Positions 47,711 to 60,524 of a DNA stretch of 64,000 nucleotides are shown here, one piece after another. The stretch lies in assembly GCF_006345805.1 (NCBI RefSeq), contig NC_043026.1:9300001-9364000 (forward strand). Reading direction: 5' to 3'. Below the pieces are notes generated by a model. It ran no database searches, was not told where the DNA came from, and saw nothing but the letters and a program-made list of their open reading frames with translations. The position numbers and the translations under genes are program-made. The stretch comes from Octopus sinensis. Lineage: Eukaryota. How positions within the stretch are numbered: the first letter of the stretch is position 1; every line of letters begins with the position of its first letter.

Positions 47711-50393
47711 CTTCACTTGCCACCTGCACAGGAGTCAGTCCAGCGGTCCTGGCAACTGCCGGGTGCCAGTCATAAGATTGGTTCAATTTCGATTTCTTTG
47801 TTATATTTAAAATAATTGAAAGAAACACAGAGCATCTCAAAATAAATACAGTAACGAAAGGGTTAATCTTGCATCATCTTTGTTTGTATTTCTCTCATCT
47901 TTTATCAAATTCAATGATATGATTGCGGCCGACCTGGAGCAATGCCACAAAGAAATTTTAGTCAAATGAATCGACCCCAGTACTTATTCTTTTGCTAAGC
48001 CTGGTGCTTATTCTATCGGTCTCTTTTGCTAAACAGCTAAGTTACAGGGACGTAAACGCACCAGCATCAGTCGTCAAGCAATACTGGGAGATCAACATCG
48101 AAGACATACATATAATGAGTGTTGGTTATATCCAGCCTCATCCAGTTGCTCTTAATCTTGCATCGTCTAAAAATGGCCATTGTCTCATGTGTGTCTGTGT
48201 TGGTGTTTCTTTCATCTTTTACTTGTTTCAGTCATTTGATTGTATACATAGTGGGGGGCACCGCCCAGAAGAAATTTCAGTTGAATGAATCGATTGCAAT
48301 ACTTATTTTTCTTTTTTAATTAAATCTAGTGCTTATTCTAATGGCCCCTTTTGCTGAACAGCCAAGATATGAAGATGTAAACACACCAACACCAGTTGTC
48401 ATGAAATACTTGGAGACAGACACAGACACATATACATACACACTTATATATACAGAGTGTTGGTTATGAGTTTTGCTTGCGAGTTAACCGTGGCTGGTTC
48501 ATCTTGATGTAGCTGTGTGTTGGTTATGCATTCACTGGTCTAGTCTGTCTGCCTGGAGTTACCGAATACAAAAGAATGACAAGAAGAACCAGGTAAATTC
48601 AATGCAACTGTTATTTATTACAACCCCTTATAAAAATACATGGCAAATGTCTTACATATTGTGAAGTAACAGGTTTGGCAAGTTTTAACGAACTCTATCT
48701 GGAACAGTGGGAGTTGTATCACAGTTGAAATTCTGTAGCATGTTCATGGTTTGGTTCAGTGTGTTGGGCAGCATCTGTTGTTGTGATCTGTCTTTTGCTG
48801 TAGAGGAAGTACAAGTTTACCAGGCCAGAGAGAGAGAGAGATCAGGAATGAAGACAGAAACGGGTGTGCCGCCACAAAGGAGACACATGGTTACCCAGCC
48901 TGACGGAAACGCAGGAGAAGGAGATAGAGGGTGGGAGACAACATGATGGAGATAGTGGCAAAATGATGGGCGTATTCAATAGGGAGGGGATCAGAATGTA
49001 AATGGGGATAGTTGAGTAAAGGAAGAGGGAGATATAGATGGTGGCAAGGGTTAGGCCATACTCTTGAGGTTCAAACGTCATAATATAAGGGACAGGATAC
49101 TGCAAAGGCAACGAGCTGGCAGAAACGTTAGGCGCTATGTACTGAGTTCAAATTCTGCCGAGGTCGACTTTGCCTTACATCATTTCGGGGTCGTTTAAAT
49201 AAGTACCAGTTACACACTGGGGTCGATGTAATTGACTTAATCCGTTTGTTTGTCCCCTCTGTGTTTAGCCCCTTGTGGGTAGTAAAGAAATAGGTATTTC
49301 GTCTGCCGCTACGTTCTGAGTTCAAATTCCGCCGAGGTTGACTTTGCCTTTCATCCTTTCGGGGTCGATAAATTAAGTACAAGTTACGCACTGGGGTCGA
49401 TGTAATCGACTTAATCCCTTTGACTGTCCTTGTTTGTCCTCTCTGTGTTTAGCTTATTGTGGGTAGTAAAGGAATAGGGTACTGCAAAGGAAGCATGATT
49501 AGAGTGTAGGGGGTGTTGAGTGATGACAACCTGGGTATTATATAGAGTCAGGGGGCTACTGGATAGCAATGATTCAGAGGAACAGCACCATGAGGACAGG
49601 ATTGGGGGAGTGAGAGGTAGGCATAGTGTATGGAAGGAATGTGAAGAAGAGATGTAGATTGGTTTGTTGGGGGCAGGGTGTGTAAAAAGTTTTCTTGTTA
49701 CATGTGGGTGGAAGACATAGGTTGAGGGCAAGCCAGTAGCAATAATACAGTAAGACAGGGAATGGGGGTGGAACATACAGGTCAGGACTAGCGGAGAGCA
49801 ATGCTACAGTGAGACGGGGCAGGACTGTATTTAAAATATCCGATCGTGGCCGTTTGCCAGCCTCGTCTGGCACCTGTGCAGGTGGCACGTAAAAAGCACC
49901 CACTACACTCATGGAGTGGTTGGCATTAGGAAGGGCATCCAGCTGTAGAAACACTGCCAGATCAGACAACTTGGTGCAGCCAACTGGCTTCCCAGACCCC
50001 AGTTGAACCGTCCAACCCATGCTAGCATGGAAAGCGGACGTTAAATGATGATGATGAAATATTTTCAATGGCAGTCAATAATGGCCCCTTATGGTCCTTG
50101 TGAGAAGTAAGAAGTGTTGGTACATCTACTGTCCACTCTTTAGAATTTAAACCAGCCATATCTGGCCCAAATATTCTGCCTATTTTATGATCAAACTAGT
50201 CAGAGTCGGCTTCTTACACCTACCCTACAATGTCATTGTGAAAATACACAATCATATCATCAAAATTTGAAAGCTGTGGGTTAATGCAGGACAAATTGAA
50301 AATTATGTGAATAAATAACCCTCACATTCGACAGAATAATCTGCATGGTAAAGGGTTCAGTCACCCCTTACAGATTATGATTTAGCACAAATA

Positions 50394-52232
50394 TCAGTGG
50401 GATTGCTTCTTCCCCTGATGAACACGTTTGTGAGAAGTTAAGTTGCCACGTTGAGTGAATGACCTTCCACAGATATCACAAGAATATGGCTTCTCTCCTG
50501 TATGAATGCGTTTATGTGCAGTCAAGCTACCTTTCTGAAAGAATGATTTACCACAAATGTCACAGTGAAATGGCTTCTCTCCTGTATGAATACGTTTGTG
50601 AGATTTTAAAACACTTTGGAAAGAGAATGATTTACCACAGATATCACAAGAATATGGTCTCTCCCCTGTATGAATACGTTTATGTGCAGTCAAGCTACCT
50701 TTTTGAAAGAATGATTTACCACAAATGTCGCAGCGAAATGGCTTCTCTCTTGTATGAACACGTTTGTGAGATTTTAAAACACTTTGGACATTGAATGATT
50801 TACCACAGACATTACAGTGATATGGCTTCTCTCCCCTATGGAAACGTTTGTGAGAAACTAAGTTGCCACTTTGAGAGAATGATTTACCACAAATGTCACA
50901 AGAATATGGTGTTTCTCCTGTATGAATACGTCTGTGTTTAGTTAAGCTACTACCGGCTGAGAAATATTTGCCACAGATGTTGCACTTATATGGCTTCTCT
51001 CCTGTATGGAAACGTTTGTGAACAGTTAAGTTCCCACTGTGAGAGAATGATTTACCACAGACATGACAGTGATAGGGCTTCTCTCCTGTATGAATACGTT
51101 TGTGAGCAGTTAAATACCCACTTTGAGAGAATGATTTACCACAGATTTCACAGTGAAATGGTGTCTCTCCTGTATGAACACGTTTATGAATAGTTAACTT
51201 ACTACTAGTAGAGAAAGATTTGCCACAAATATCACAGTGAAATGGCTTCTCTCCTGTATGAATACGTTTGTGAGCAGCGAAGTTCCCACTTTGAGTGAAT
51301 GACTTACCACAGATATCACAAGAATATGGTGTCTCTCCTGTATGGATACGTTTATGAATAGTTAGCTTCCAATTGGCAGAGAAAGATTTGCCACAAATAC
51401 CACAGTGAAATGGCTTCTCTCCTGTATGAATACGTTTATGAGGAGTTAAAGCACTGTTGCGAGAGAATGATTTACCACCGATGTCACAGGAACATGCGAT
51501 CTCACCTGTATGAATCCGTTTGTGAGAAGTTAAAGCACTCCTTTGAGAGAATGAATAACCACAGATATTACAGGAGTACGGTTTCTCTCCTGTATGAAGA
51601 CGTATGTGAGATTTTAAAATGCTTTGGTGAGAGAATGATGTACCACAGACATCACAGTGATAAGGCTTCTCTCCTGTATGAAGACATTTGTGTCTTATCA
51701 AGTCATTTTTCTGAGAGAATGGTTTACCACAAATGTTACACTGATGTGGCTTCTGCCCTGTATGGACACGTTTGTGATAATTTAAAGCACTTCTATAAGA
51801 GAATGGTGTACCACAGATAACACAGTGATAAGGCTTTTCTCCAGTATGAATACGTTTGTGTGTAGTTAAGCTATTCCTGTGATGGAATGATTTACCACAA
51901 ATGTCACAGTGAAATGGCTTCTCTCCTGTATGAATATATTTGTGTGAATTTAAATCACTTCGGTCAGAGAATGATTTACCACAGACATTACATTGATAAG
52001 GCTTCTCTCCAGTATGAATACGTTTGTGTGTAGTCAAGTTATTATTTTGAGAGAATGATTTACCACAGATGTCACAGTGAAATGGTTTCTCCCCTGTATG
52101 AATACGCTTGTGTATATACAAGTGAGCCTTTTGAGAGAAGGACTTTTTACACACATCACAGTCATGTGACAACTTTTGTTTTCCCTTTTCTTCTGGAAAA
52201 GTCAGATCCTTTAGTTTCTCACTCTTTTCCAT
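50394..52232 (-). CDS. ZNF9 (B-type): 612 aa, 21 finger units (finger 9 broken, CDIGG)
   Basis: Intact ORF, 24 + 28x21; acceptor at 52599-52600, donor at 54173-54178. Confidence 0.95.
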   Translation of the reverse strand: MEKSEKLKDLTFPEEKGKQKLSHDCDVCKKSFSQKAHLYIHKRIHTGEKPFHCDICGKSFSQNNNLTTHKRIHTGEKPYQCNVCGKSFSDRSDLNSHKYIHTGEKPFHCDICGKSFHHRNSLTTHKRIHTGEKPYHCVICGTPFSYRSALNYHKRVHTGQKPHQCNICGKPFSQKNDLIRHKCLHTGEKPYHCDVCGTSFSHQSILKSHIRLHTGEKPYSCNICGYSFSQRSALTSHKRIHTGEIACSCDIGGKSFSRNSALTPHKRIHTGEKPFHCGICGKSFSANWKLTIHKRIHTGETPYSCDICGKSFTQSGNFAAHKRIHTGEKPFHCDICGKSFSTSSKLTIHKRVHTGETPFHCEICGKSFSQSGYLTAHKRIHTGEKPYHCHVCGKSFSHSGNLTVHKRFHTGEKPYKCNICGKYFSAGSSLTKHRRIHTGETPYSCDICGKSFSQSGNLVSHKRFHRGEKPYHCNVCGKSFNVQSVLKSHKRVHTREKPFRCDICGKSFFQKGSLTAHKRIHTGERPYSCDICGKSFSFQSVLKSHKRIHTGEKPFHCDICGKSFFQKGSLTAHKRIHTGEKPYSCDICGRSFTQRGNLTSHKRVHQGKKQSH

Positions 52233-53551
52233 TATTTATCTTTGAAAATCACAATATATATATATATATATGTTTTCTTCTTTGTACTTCTATAGTCTTT
52301 TGTTTGCAAGTATTTCGACTGCTGTATTTCTGTCAAGTGTTACCTTTGTCCCAAAACTGGTTAGTAAATTTATCCAAGTTTAATTTGCAAAGAGACACAT
52401 CTTGTAGACACTCCAGCCAGTGATGTCCAGAAGGTTTACTAATAACACATTTCAGAGTAAATATATCAGAGGAATTCCACCACAGATTTATAGAAACAAT
52501 CTTATATATCTCTTCTGTACAATATTTCCATTTTGGTCTTTAAAAAATTGATAAATAATGAGAATGTATCTTCAGTTATGCCAATGTCATCTGATATTCT
52601 GAAATAATAAAGAAACAACAGTGTAAGATATAGAGGCTACTTAAAAAATACAGATTCAACATTTCCATAGAGATAAACTCTAGAAACAAACATTTACCTG
52701 AACAACAGAACTTTTTAATTTATTAAAGTTTACATCAGAAAATCTTGTGTGAAGTTAACATATTTCTAAATTCCAGTTACACATTCTTACTGCACAACAT
52801 TTATATATGTGTGTGTATATATATATATATATATATCACGTAAAAAGCACCATCCGATTGTGGCCATTTGCCAGCCTCTTCTGGCACGTAAAAAGCACCC
52901 ACTACACTCACGGAGTGGTTGGCGTTAGGAAGGGCATCCAGCCGTAGAAACTTTGCCAGATCAGACTGGGCCTGGTGCAGCCTTCTGGCTTCCCAGACCC
53001 CAGTTGAACCGTCCAACCCATGCTAGCATGGAAAACGGATGCTAAACGATGATGATGATGATGATATTGTGAAATTGATGAATAGGGGACTTATAGACCT
53101 CTTGTTTAAATGCCTACAAAAAGTACATCAGCTAAGCAAATGGCCTTCCCTAAATGCATTGAAACCATTATAACAGAATCACTGTTTCAGGAAATTATCG
53201 TCGTTCAAAGACAACAAAATAATAATAATAATAATAATTCGTTCGTTTATTGGCCACAAGGGCTAACAAAAATCAATTAAAACATAAAGGGACAAAACAC
53301 AGGACGAAAGTTACAAAGGGTTTTGTCCGTAACTATGAAGAAAACGAAAATGAAAAAAAAAAAAAAATTGCGCTAACGACCCGGGGGGTGGGGGACTTTC
53401 GGAAAATTTACAAGATCCGATTTTTCCGTCATAAGTTAGGGTAAAATGGATTGCGAGGATGATCCGGTTCTTGACTGAAGAAGGCTTCCAATGACCCGTC
53501 CGTGTTTTTTGTATCGTCTATTTGGATGTTTTGCGTTCTTGTCCCATTTTG

Positions 53552-53617
<66 letters not shown>

Positions 53618-54172
53618 CTGTTTTTTTTACGGAATCCCACTTTTTGGTTATGGAGGATCCGATTATGAAAAACATTTTTTTGAAAAATCGCATTTTCAAA
53701 ATTTCATTTACCACCAGCCCCTTCACTTTTCACTTGAAAAAAAAAACAAACAAACATATTTTTGCCCTTAAAAACGGTGGGAGAAACATTTTCGGTAACA
53801 AAAAAATAAAATATTGTAAATATTTTCAAAGGAAAAAGTGTGATTTAAGGGAGATTTGGCTGTTGTTTCTAGCAGATCCTAAGACAACCCTCCTCGATTC
53901 ACTTTCCCATCTTTTGAAGTTTTTCTCTTCATAAACACATTTATGATTTTTTTTCAACCCTATTCTTCGCCCCTGGTTGCTTCTGTTTACGATTTAAAAT
54001 ATCGGTGAGTCTGAGGCCGTTTCTGGCATTTATCCACAGTGAAAACACAAGAAACGTGGGAAAATGATGGAAAGTGTAGAAGGTAGCCTCCATAGCTAGA
54101 AATAGCAGCCAAATGTCGCACAAATCAAAGGACATCTGAGACAGGAAGTATTTAGAAATTAAATAGTTTAAT

Positions 54173-54345
54173 ACTTACGGAAATGGTTTAAAAAAGGATG
54201 GTGTTGTTGTTAGAAGTGCGCCAGGTGGTTGAGAAATGTATTATAAATGTGTTTGGGAGTGAATTGAGAGAAATTCCGACTTAAATCAAGTTTTTTCAAA
54301 TGAATGAATGGAGGCGGAAATACGCTTAGTGCGCATGCGTATGAA
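54173..54345 (-). promoter_or_regulatory. Putative ZNF9 promoter and non-coding exon 1 (B-type)
   Basis: acttac at 54173-54178; tgcgcatgcgta at 54330-54341. Confidence 0.65.
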
Positions 54346-55255
54346 AAACTGGTTTTTCTTCTTTTTTTCTTTTGTTTTTTAAAGATTTTGGTAGAAAACC
54401 AGAAATTTGTGGGAGGGTCAAGTGTCAGTCGATTTCATGGACCCGAGTAGTCAACTGGTATTTATTTTATTGAACCCCAGCAGAAAAAAAGTGAAAGGCA
54501 AAGTTTATGGATCTTTTCTGTTTGAACGGCAGTTTTTAACATAATTTCTAGGTAACTAAAAAGTTTTAAACTTCGTATACTGGTAGAATGTGTTACATAA
54601 AACATCTTTTCCTCTTGGCTTCATTGAGAAAATTCTGTAGTTTGTAAGCTATTTCCACTTTAATTTCAAGCATTTCGGCAATTTCAACCAATCACTCTCG
54701 TCTATTGCGGTAAAAAAAATATTCTGTGCCGTATGAATATGTCCCTCGTTTAAGAAACAGATTGGGTTTTGTTGTTGTTATATATATATATATATAATGT
54801 GTTGAGTATTAAAGGAAGTAGTGAGTACTTAGTATGAAAGATTAAGAAAGTGGGAGAGACTGAAAAAACGTGTTAACGATACGAGATACTTTATTAGACT
54901 GCGCGTTGTTGTACAAGGTATATCTTTGTTGTGGCGGGAAACTGACTGATTGTCCTTGTATCAAGGGAGACAATAGGCAACGTTAATTGTTCATGTTCCT
55001 TTTTTTTTATTTATCTGTATCTACAGGGAATAATTATTCGTCGTCCACTTTTTGTGGTTTTATTATTTTGTAGTGTTGAATTCCGTAGTTGTGCTGTTTT
55101 TGTTTTTTCATGCGTGTTTGTTGACTTTGGAAATATATTTTCATAATCTAATTCTTCTGTTATGCGAACGTGTTCGTTTGTTTTAAGAATATGTTGTCTA
55201 TCTCGTTTGACTGTATTACCTTCCTCTGTTATTACTAAGTATGAACGAGGTTGCT

Positions 55256-57010
55256 CTAGTTTTTTTTAACTATTTTGCCCCTTCTAAACCAATTGTTGTT
55301 AAACTTAATTCTAACCGTGTCGTGTGGTTTTAACTCTGGGAGTTCTGTTGTAATGTTTGATTTCTTCTTTTCGTGAGGCCTGATACCAATTTTGTCGTGT
55401 AGTATGTTTGGGAGATTTGTTCGCAATGTTCTATTCATTATTTGATTTGCAGGGGATGGTGCACCATTTTGTAATTTAGTCGTGCGTAATGCTAAGAGCG
55501 CTAATTGAGGTTCTTCCCCACTTTTGAATGCCTTTTTTAGCGTCTTTTTTATTATCTGTATATTTCTCTCAACCATGCCATTCGCTTGATGATAATGCGG
55601 GCTTGTCTTCGTGTGATGAAAATGCCAATTTTTTGCAAATTTTTTGAATTCAGCCGAATTGAATTCAGGACCGTTGTCACTTACAACTGTTTGCGGAATT
55701 CCGAATTTAGCAAAAGTTTCTTTTAATTTTTTGATTACGGTTTTTGAATGGCAATCATTTATTTCGTGTAGATCAAAAAATCTTGTTGTATAGTCAATAA
55801 TTGTGACATACGAATTTCCAGACAGATGAAATACGTCTGTACCCACTTTGGTCCATGGTGTAGTAGGTATTTCATGATTTATTAGTGGTTCGGCTGGTTG
55901 TTGGTTTTTGTAGTCGATGCAGTATGAGCATGTGTTAATCATGTCTTTGATTTGAGCGTTAATGCCGGGCCAATATATACATTCCTTCGCTCTCTCTATG
56001 CATTTTTCCATACCCATGTGTCCGATATGTATTTCCTGTAGAGCTTCTCTACGTAATGACTTAGGTACAATTATTCTTGAACCTTTTAGAACAAGACCAT
56101 TGACGATTGATATTTCATCACGAACGGAGACGAATGGTTTGATGTTTATTGCTATTTTGTGTTTTAGGGGCCATTCTGTTCTTGTATATGTGATGAGTGT
56201 CTGTAGTGACGGGTCGTCTGCAGTGGCTTCTTTATACTCGTTTAATTTAGTGTCGGTTATGGGGTAATTTTTTATTACTGCATGTATGTGCGATTTCATA
56301 TCTTCGTCTGATACTTCTGGAGTATTTTGCTTAAGGTATGCACGTGATAGGGTATCTGCAACAACTGATTCTTCACATTTTTCTATTATGTCGTTTGTGT
56401 TGGACGAATTTATTTTTGAAATTCTCTGAATTAGGTTCAGATCTTTAGCTGTCTTTGCATCTACAACTGCGTGTGAGTTTGTTTTTGCAACAATGAATTT
56501 TATTTGCTTTGATAATTCTTTGTATTTAATGACTGCTGTGCATTTTCCTAGCACTTTTATAGCTGTGTTATTGTAAGCTGATAATCGAGTTGAGGTTTTT
56601 TGCAGTTGTGGTTTTGGAATTATAGTTTTATATTCTCTGAATGGCAGTACGGTTACGTCTGCTCCTGTATCTATTTTGAATGTTACATTCGAGTTGTTCA
56701 CTTTTAGTTCGACCGTCCAAATGTCTTTTGGAGTCTTGAACTTTTCGATTTTGTGCACGCGGGAATTATTTGCAGTGATCATTTCGAGTGCATGTGTATC
56801 GTCATCTGATTCATCGTCGGTATGTATCTCTACTTTATGTACACATTTTCTTGATTTGCCCATTTTTGCATAGTGTCCTTTTTTTCTTGCATTTTTCACA
56901 TGTCTTGTGAAATGCTGGGCATTTATTTCTTTTGTGATTATAACCACAATAGTGACAGTTAGTGACGTAGTGTTGACTTGGCGCTTGAAACTTCGCAGGC
57001 TTTCTGTCAC
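55256..57010 (-). CDS. Gypsy protease-integrase fusion ORF (584 aa), no RT
   Basis: KIDTGADVTVL protease; VVADTLSR (RNaseH end) directly after the PR linker; HIGHMG..CSYC zinc-binding motif; D..SDNGPEF..NGMVER rve core. Confidence 0.85.
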   Translation of the reverse strand: MTESLRSFKRQVNTTSLTVTIVVIITKEINAQHFTRHVKNARKKGHYAKMGKSRKCVHKVEIHTDDESDDDTHALEMITANNSRVHKIEKFKTPKDIWTVELKVNNSNVTFKIDTGADVTVLPFREYKTIIPKPQLQKTSTRLSAYNNTAIKVLGKCTAVIKYKELSKQIKFIVAKTNSHAVVDAKTAKDLNLIQRISKINSSNTNDIIEKCEESVVADTLSRAYLKQNTPEVSDEDMKSHIHAVIKNYPITDTKLNEYKEATADDPSLQTLITYTRTEWPLKHKIAINIKPFVSVRDEISIVNGLVLKGSRIIVPKSLRREALQEIHIGHMGMEKCIERAKECIYWPGINAQIKDMINTCSYCIDYKNQQPAEPLINHEIPTTPWTKVGTDVFHLSGNSYVTIIDYTTRFFDLHEINDCHSKTVIKKLKETFAKFGIPQTVVSDNGPEFNSAEFKKFAKNWHFHHTKTSPHYHQANGMVERNIQIIKKTLKKAFKSGEEPQLALLALRTTKLQNGAPSPANQIMNRTLRTNLPNILHDKIGIRPHEKKKSNITTELPELKPHDTVRIKFNNNWFRRGKIVKKN

Positions 57011-57087
57011 TTCCGCCTTGTTCGTTTTGATGTCTGGATTGCATATGGCGAGTTATTTGAGTTTTGACGCCTTTTCTGTCGTGTTGA

Positions 57088-57695
57088 CTATATAACCCTC
57101 GAGATTTCGTTATCTCTTGTTTCGGATGTGGCATTTAGCATCCTTGACTGGAGTCGTGTTTGCTCTGCACTCTGACCTGCTTGAATTGTTTTTTGTAAGT
57201 CTAAATTTGGTTCTCTCAATAATCTTTCTCTTAATCTCATGTCTCTGATTGCACATATCAGAATATCTCTGGTGAGACTGTCTGTGAGGTTGCCGAATTC
57301 GCACTGTTGTGCCTTTTGGCGCAACTCTACCACGTACTCATCGAATTTTTGATGTTCCGCTTGTTCACATGTGAAGAATTTGTGTCTCGGGAAAGTTATG
57401 TATTTCCTGGGTTCACAATATGTATCGAATTTTTCGATTACTGTTTGAAGGTTCATTCTTCGTCGGGTGAATCGAAATCCAGAGTGGAATGGATGTCTCG
57501 GCCTTTGGAACCGATGCAAGTTAAAAACATTGAAGTTTTTACTTTGTCTGGCTTTATGTCACTTTCTGTTGCTATCAAAAAGAGATTGAATTCTTTTTTC
57601 CACTTTTTCCATGCTGCGGCTAGATTTTCCTGATTAAAGTCTGGGTCTTTTGGATGCGGTAAATTTTCCATTTCCTCTTTGAAGTATGATTTCAA
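57088..57695 (-). pseudogene. Gypsy gag, frameshifted
   Basis: AWKKWKKEFNLFLIAT..FLTCIG and FDTYCEPRK..RHKFF..FDEYVVELRQKAQQCEFGNL..RLRERLLREPNLDL in two frames; a CHYCGYNH..C knuckle lies downstream. Confidence 0.8.
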
Positions 57696-59205
57696 CTTCT
57701 TTTTTCTTTTGGTTTCTGTATTTTGGGTTCTTTTAGTATTCTGACACCATGTTGTTGTTGTTATATATATATATATATATATAATGTATTGAGTATTAAA
57801 GGAAGTAGTGAGTACTTAGTATGAAAGATTAAGAAAGTGAGAGAGACTGAAAAAACGTGTTAACGATACGAGATACTTTATTCGACTGCGCGTTGTTGTA
57901 GAAGGTATTTCTTGTTCATGTTTGTTTTGTGAGGAAAAAAAGATACCCTTCCCCTAAACCTAACCCTAAAACAGATTGAAATGCAATAGATCGATTCTAG
58001 GGTCATAATTATGGGTGACAATTTCATATGACACCGCTAGAAAAAAACTGCCGTTGAAGAAAATATCTTACAAATATGTTAGAAACTACAGAATTTTCTC
58101 AAGAAAGCCAAGAGAAAACGATGTTTTATAAACAAGTTTAAAAGTGTCTAGTTACTTGGAAATTATTTCAAAATCTGTTGTTCAAACCGAAAAGATCCAA
58201 ATTGTTTAGTTTCTTTTAAAAAAATTATTTATTTTGTGTTTTATTTCCTTTGCTAGGTAGTCGTTGTAGGATCGACTAGTCACGACTAGCTAGCGCGGAT
58301 GTGCGAGTGCGCGCACCGGGACCACTCTTAAGTAGTACCCTGTGTTGGATTCAAAGTCAATTATCCCCCCATGCAATGTTTAATTTGGTAATTTTCAGTT
58401 ATCAAAGTGATGTCTCACATGGGGCAAAATGAGTAATGACTATTTCCAATAATTTTTTCTCTTTATGGAGTTAAAGAGAAGAAATTGTGAGCTGTTAGGT
58501 TACTAGTCACAGACATACATTTTCTACAATATCCTCTGGCCTTGTGAATGGATTTGGGAGATGGAAACTGAAGGAAGCCCAATATATATATGTGTGTGTG
58601 GGTGGGTGTGTTGTCCTCCCACCCCTTCAACACTTGACAAACAGTGTTGGTGTGTTTATGTCCCCATAAACCTGTGGTTTGGCAAAAGTGGCTGATAGAA
58701 TAAGTGCTAAGCTGATGTAAATATTAATAAATTAGAAAGTTCTGTTGTTCAGTTAAATGTTTATTTCTAGAGTTAATCTTTATGGAAATGTTGAATCTGT
58801 ATTTTTTTAAGTAGCCTCTATATCTTACACTGTTGTTTCTTTATTATTTCAGAATATCAGATGACATTGGCATAACTGAAGATACATTCTCATTATTTAT
58901 CAGCTTTTTAAAGACCAAATTGGAAATATACAGAAGAGATATATAAGATTGTTTCTATAAATCTGTGGTGGAATTCCTCTGATATATTTACTCTGAATTG
59001 TGTTATTAGCAAACCTTCTGGACATCACTGGCTGGAGTGTCTACAAGATGAGCCTGTTTGCAGATTGAATGTGGATAAATTTAGTTGTTTTGTGACAAAG
59101 ATAACAGTGGCCAGAAATACAACAGTTGAAATATTTGTAAACAAAAGACTATAGAAGCAAAAAGAATAAAAAAAGAAGGTATATTGTGAAGTTGAAGGAA
59201 AAATA

Positions 59206-60210
59206 ATGGAAAAGAGTGAGAAAGTGAAGGAACAGATTTTACCAGAAGGTAGCAAAAAAACGAGACAAAAATTGTCACATGACTGTGACGTGTGTAAAAA
59301 GTCTTTCTCAAGTAAATGTAACTTAAATAGTCACAAACGTATTCATACAGGAGAGAAGCCATTTCACTGTGAAATCTGTGGTAAATCATTCTCTCAAAAA
59401 ATTTCCTTGACTACCCACAAACGTATTCATACAGGAGAGAAGCCATATTCCTGTAATATCTGTGGTAAATTATTTTCTGATAAAAGTGCTCTAACTCAAC
59501 ATAAACGTATTCATACAGGAGAGGAGCCATATCATTGTAGTGTCTGTGGTAAATCATTTTCTGATAAAAGTGTTTTAAATAATCACCAGCATTGTCATAC
59601 AGGAGAGAAGCCATTTCAATGTGACATCTGTGGTAAATCATTCTCTCAAAGAAGTGCTTTAACTAATCACGAACGTATTCATACAGGAAAGAAGCCATAT
59701 TCCTGTAAAATCTGTGGTAAATTATATCCTGGTAAAAGTGCTCTAACTTATCATAAACGTATTCATACAGGAGAGTCACCATATCCTTGTGATATCTGTG
59801 GTAAATCATTCACCGTGAGTTCTAACTTAACTGGACACAGACGTATTCATACAGGAGAAACACCATATTCTTGTGATATCTGTGGTAAATTATTCTCTCA
59901 AAATATTTATTTGACTTTACACAAACGTATTCATACAGGAGAGACACTATTTCACTGTGAAATCTGTGGTAAATCATTCTCTCAATGTGGCAACTTAGCT
60001 AAACATAAACGTATTCATACAGGAGAGACACCATATTCTTGTGATGTCTGTAATAAATCTTTCTCTACCAGTAGTAACCTAATGACCCATAAACGTATTC
60101 ATACAGGAGAGACACCATATTCTTGTGATATCTGTGGAAGGTCATTTACTCAACATAGCAGCTTAACTTCTCACAAATGTGTTCATAAGGGGAAGAAGCA
60201 ATCCCACTAA
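59206..60210 (+). CDS. ZNF10 (A-type): 334 aa, 11 fingers; canonical exon 1 absent
   Basis: Intact ORF; acceptor at 58852/58853; A-intron homology starts at ~58350. Confidence 0.93.
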   Translation: MEKSEKVKEQILPEGSKKTRQKLSHDCDVCKKSFSSKCNLNSHKRIHTGEKPFHCEICGKSFSQKISLTTHKRIHTGEKPYSCNICGKLFSDKSALTQHKRIHTGEEPYHCSVCGKSFSDKSVLNNHQHCHTGEKPFQCDICGKSFSQRSALTNHERIHTGKKPYSCKICGKLYPGKSALTYHKRIHTGESPYPCDICGKSFTVSSNLTGHRRIHTGETPYSCDICGKLFSQNIYLTLHKRIHTGETLFHCEICGKSFSQCGNLAKHKRIHTGETPYSCDVCNKSFSTSSNLMTHKRIHTGETPYSCDICGRSFTQHSSLTSHKCVHKGKKQSH

Positions 60211-60524
60211 TATTTAAACTAAATCATAATCTCTAAGGGGTTACTGAAACCCTTTACCTTGCAGGTTATTCTGTCGAATGTGATGTTTAGTTATTCACAT
60301 TATTTTCAATTTGCCATCCAAAGGTTTAGTAAAATTCTATCAATTAGAAAAAAGATATTTAATTTTAATTCTCAAATTTTTATCAATTTTTGCGTGATAT
60401 TAAAGGGACACAACTCATATATGAACGTAGGCGCACACACATAGACACAGGAGACAAAAGACAATACAAAGAGTTTTCAAATTGAGTAAACAGGAGTAGT
60501 TGTGTGGTAAGTAGCTTGCTTCCC

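Larger units (their letters stand above)
54770..57918 (-). mobile_element. Ty3/Gypsy LTR retrotransposon with RT-RNaseH deleted
   Basis: Direct repeats 54770-54993 and 57750-57918, both tgttg...ttgttca (the right copy has a ~60-bp internal deletion). PBS TGGTGTCAGAA at 57739-57749 (tRNA-Leu-like); purine tract next to the left LTR; frameshifted gag, protease and integrase. Confidence 0.9.

Noticed and set aside
54765-54769. Target-site duplication for the Gypsy element (ggttt versus tgttt at 57919-57923)
   Set aside because: Only a 4/5 match in low-complexity sequence, and the right flank does not match the empty paralogous site at ~23935, so a TSD cannot be asserted.
57945-57975. Telomere-like ccctaaacctaaccctaa
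   Set aside because: Only about three imperfect units, embedded in an interspersed repeat family; not a telomeric array.
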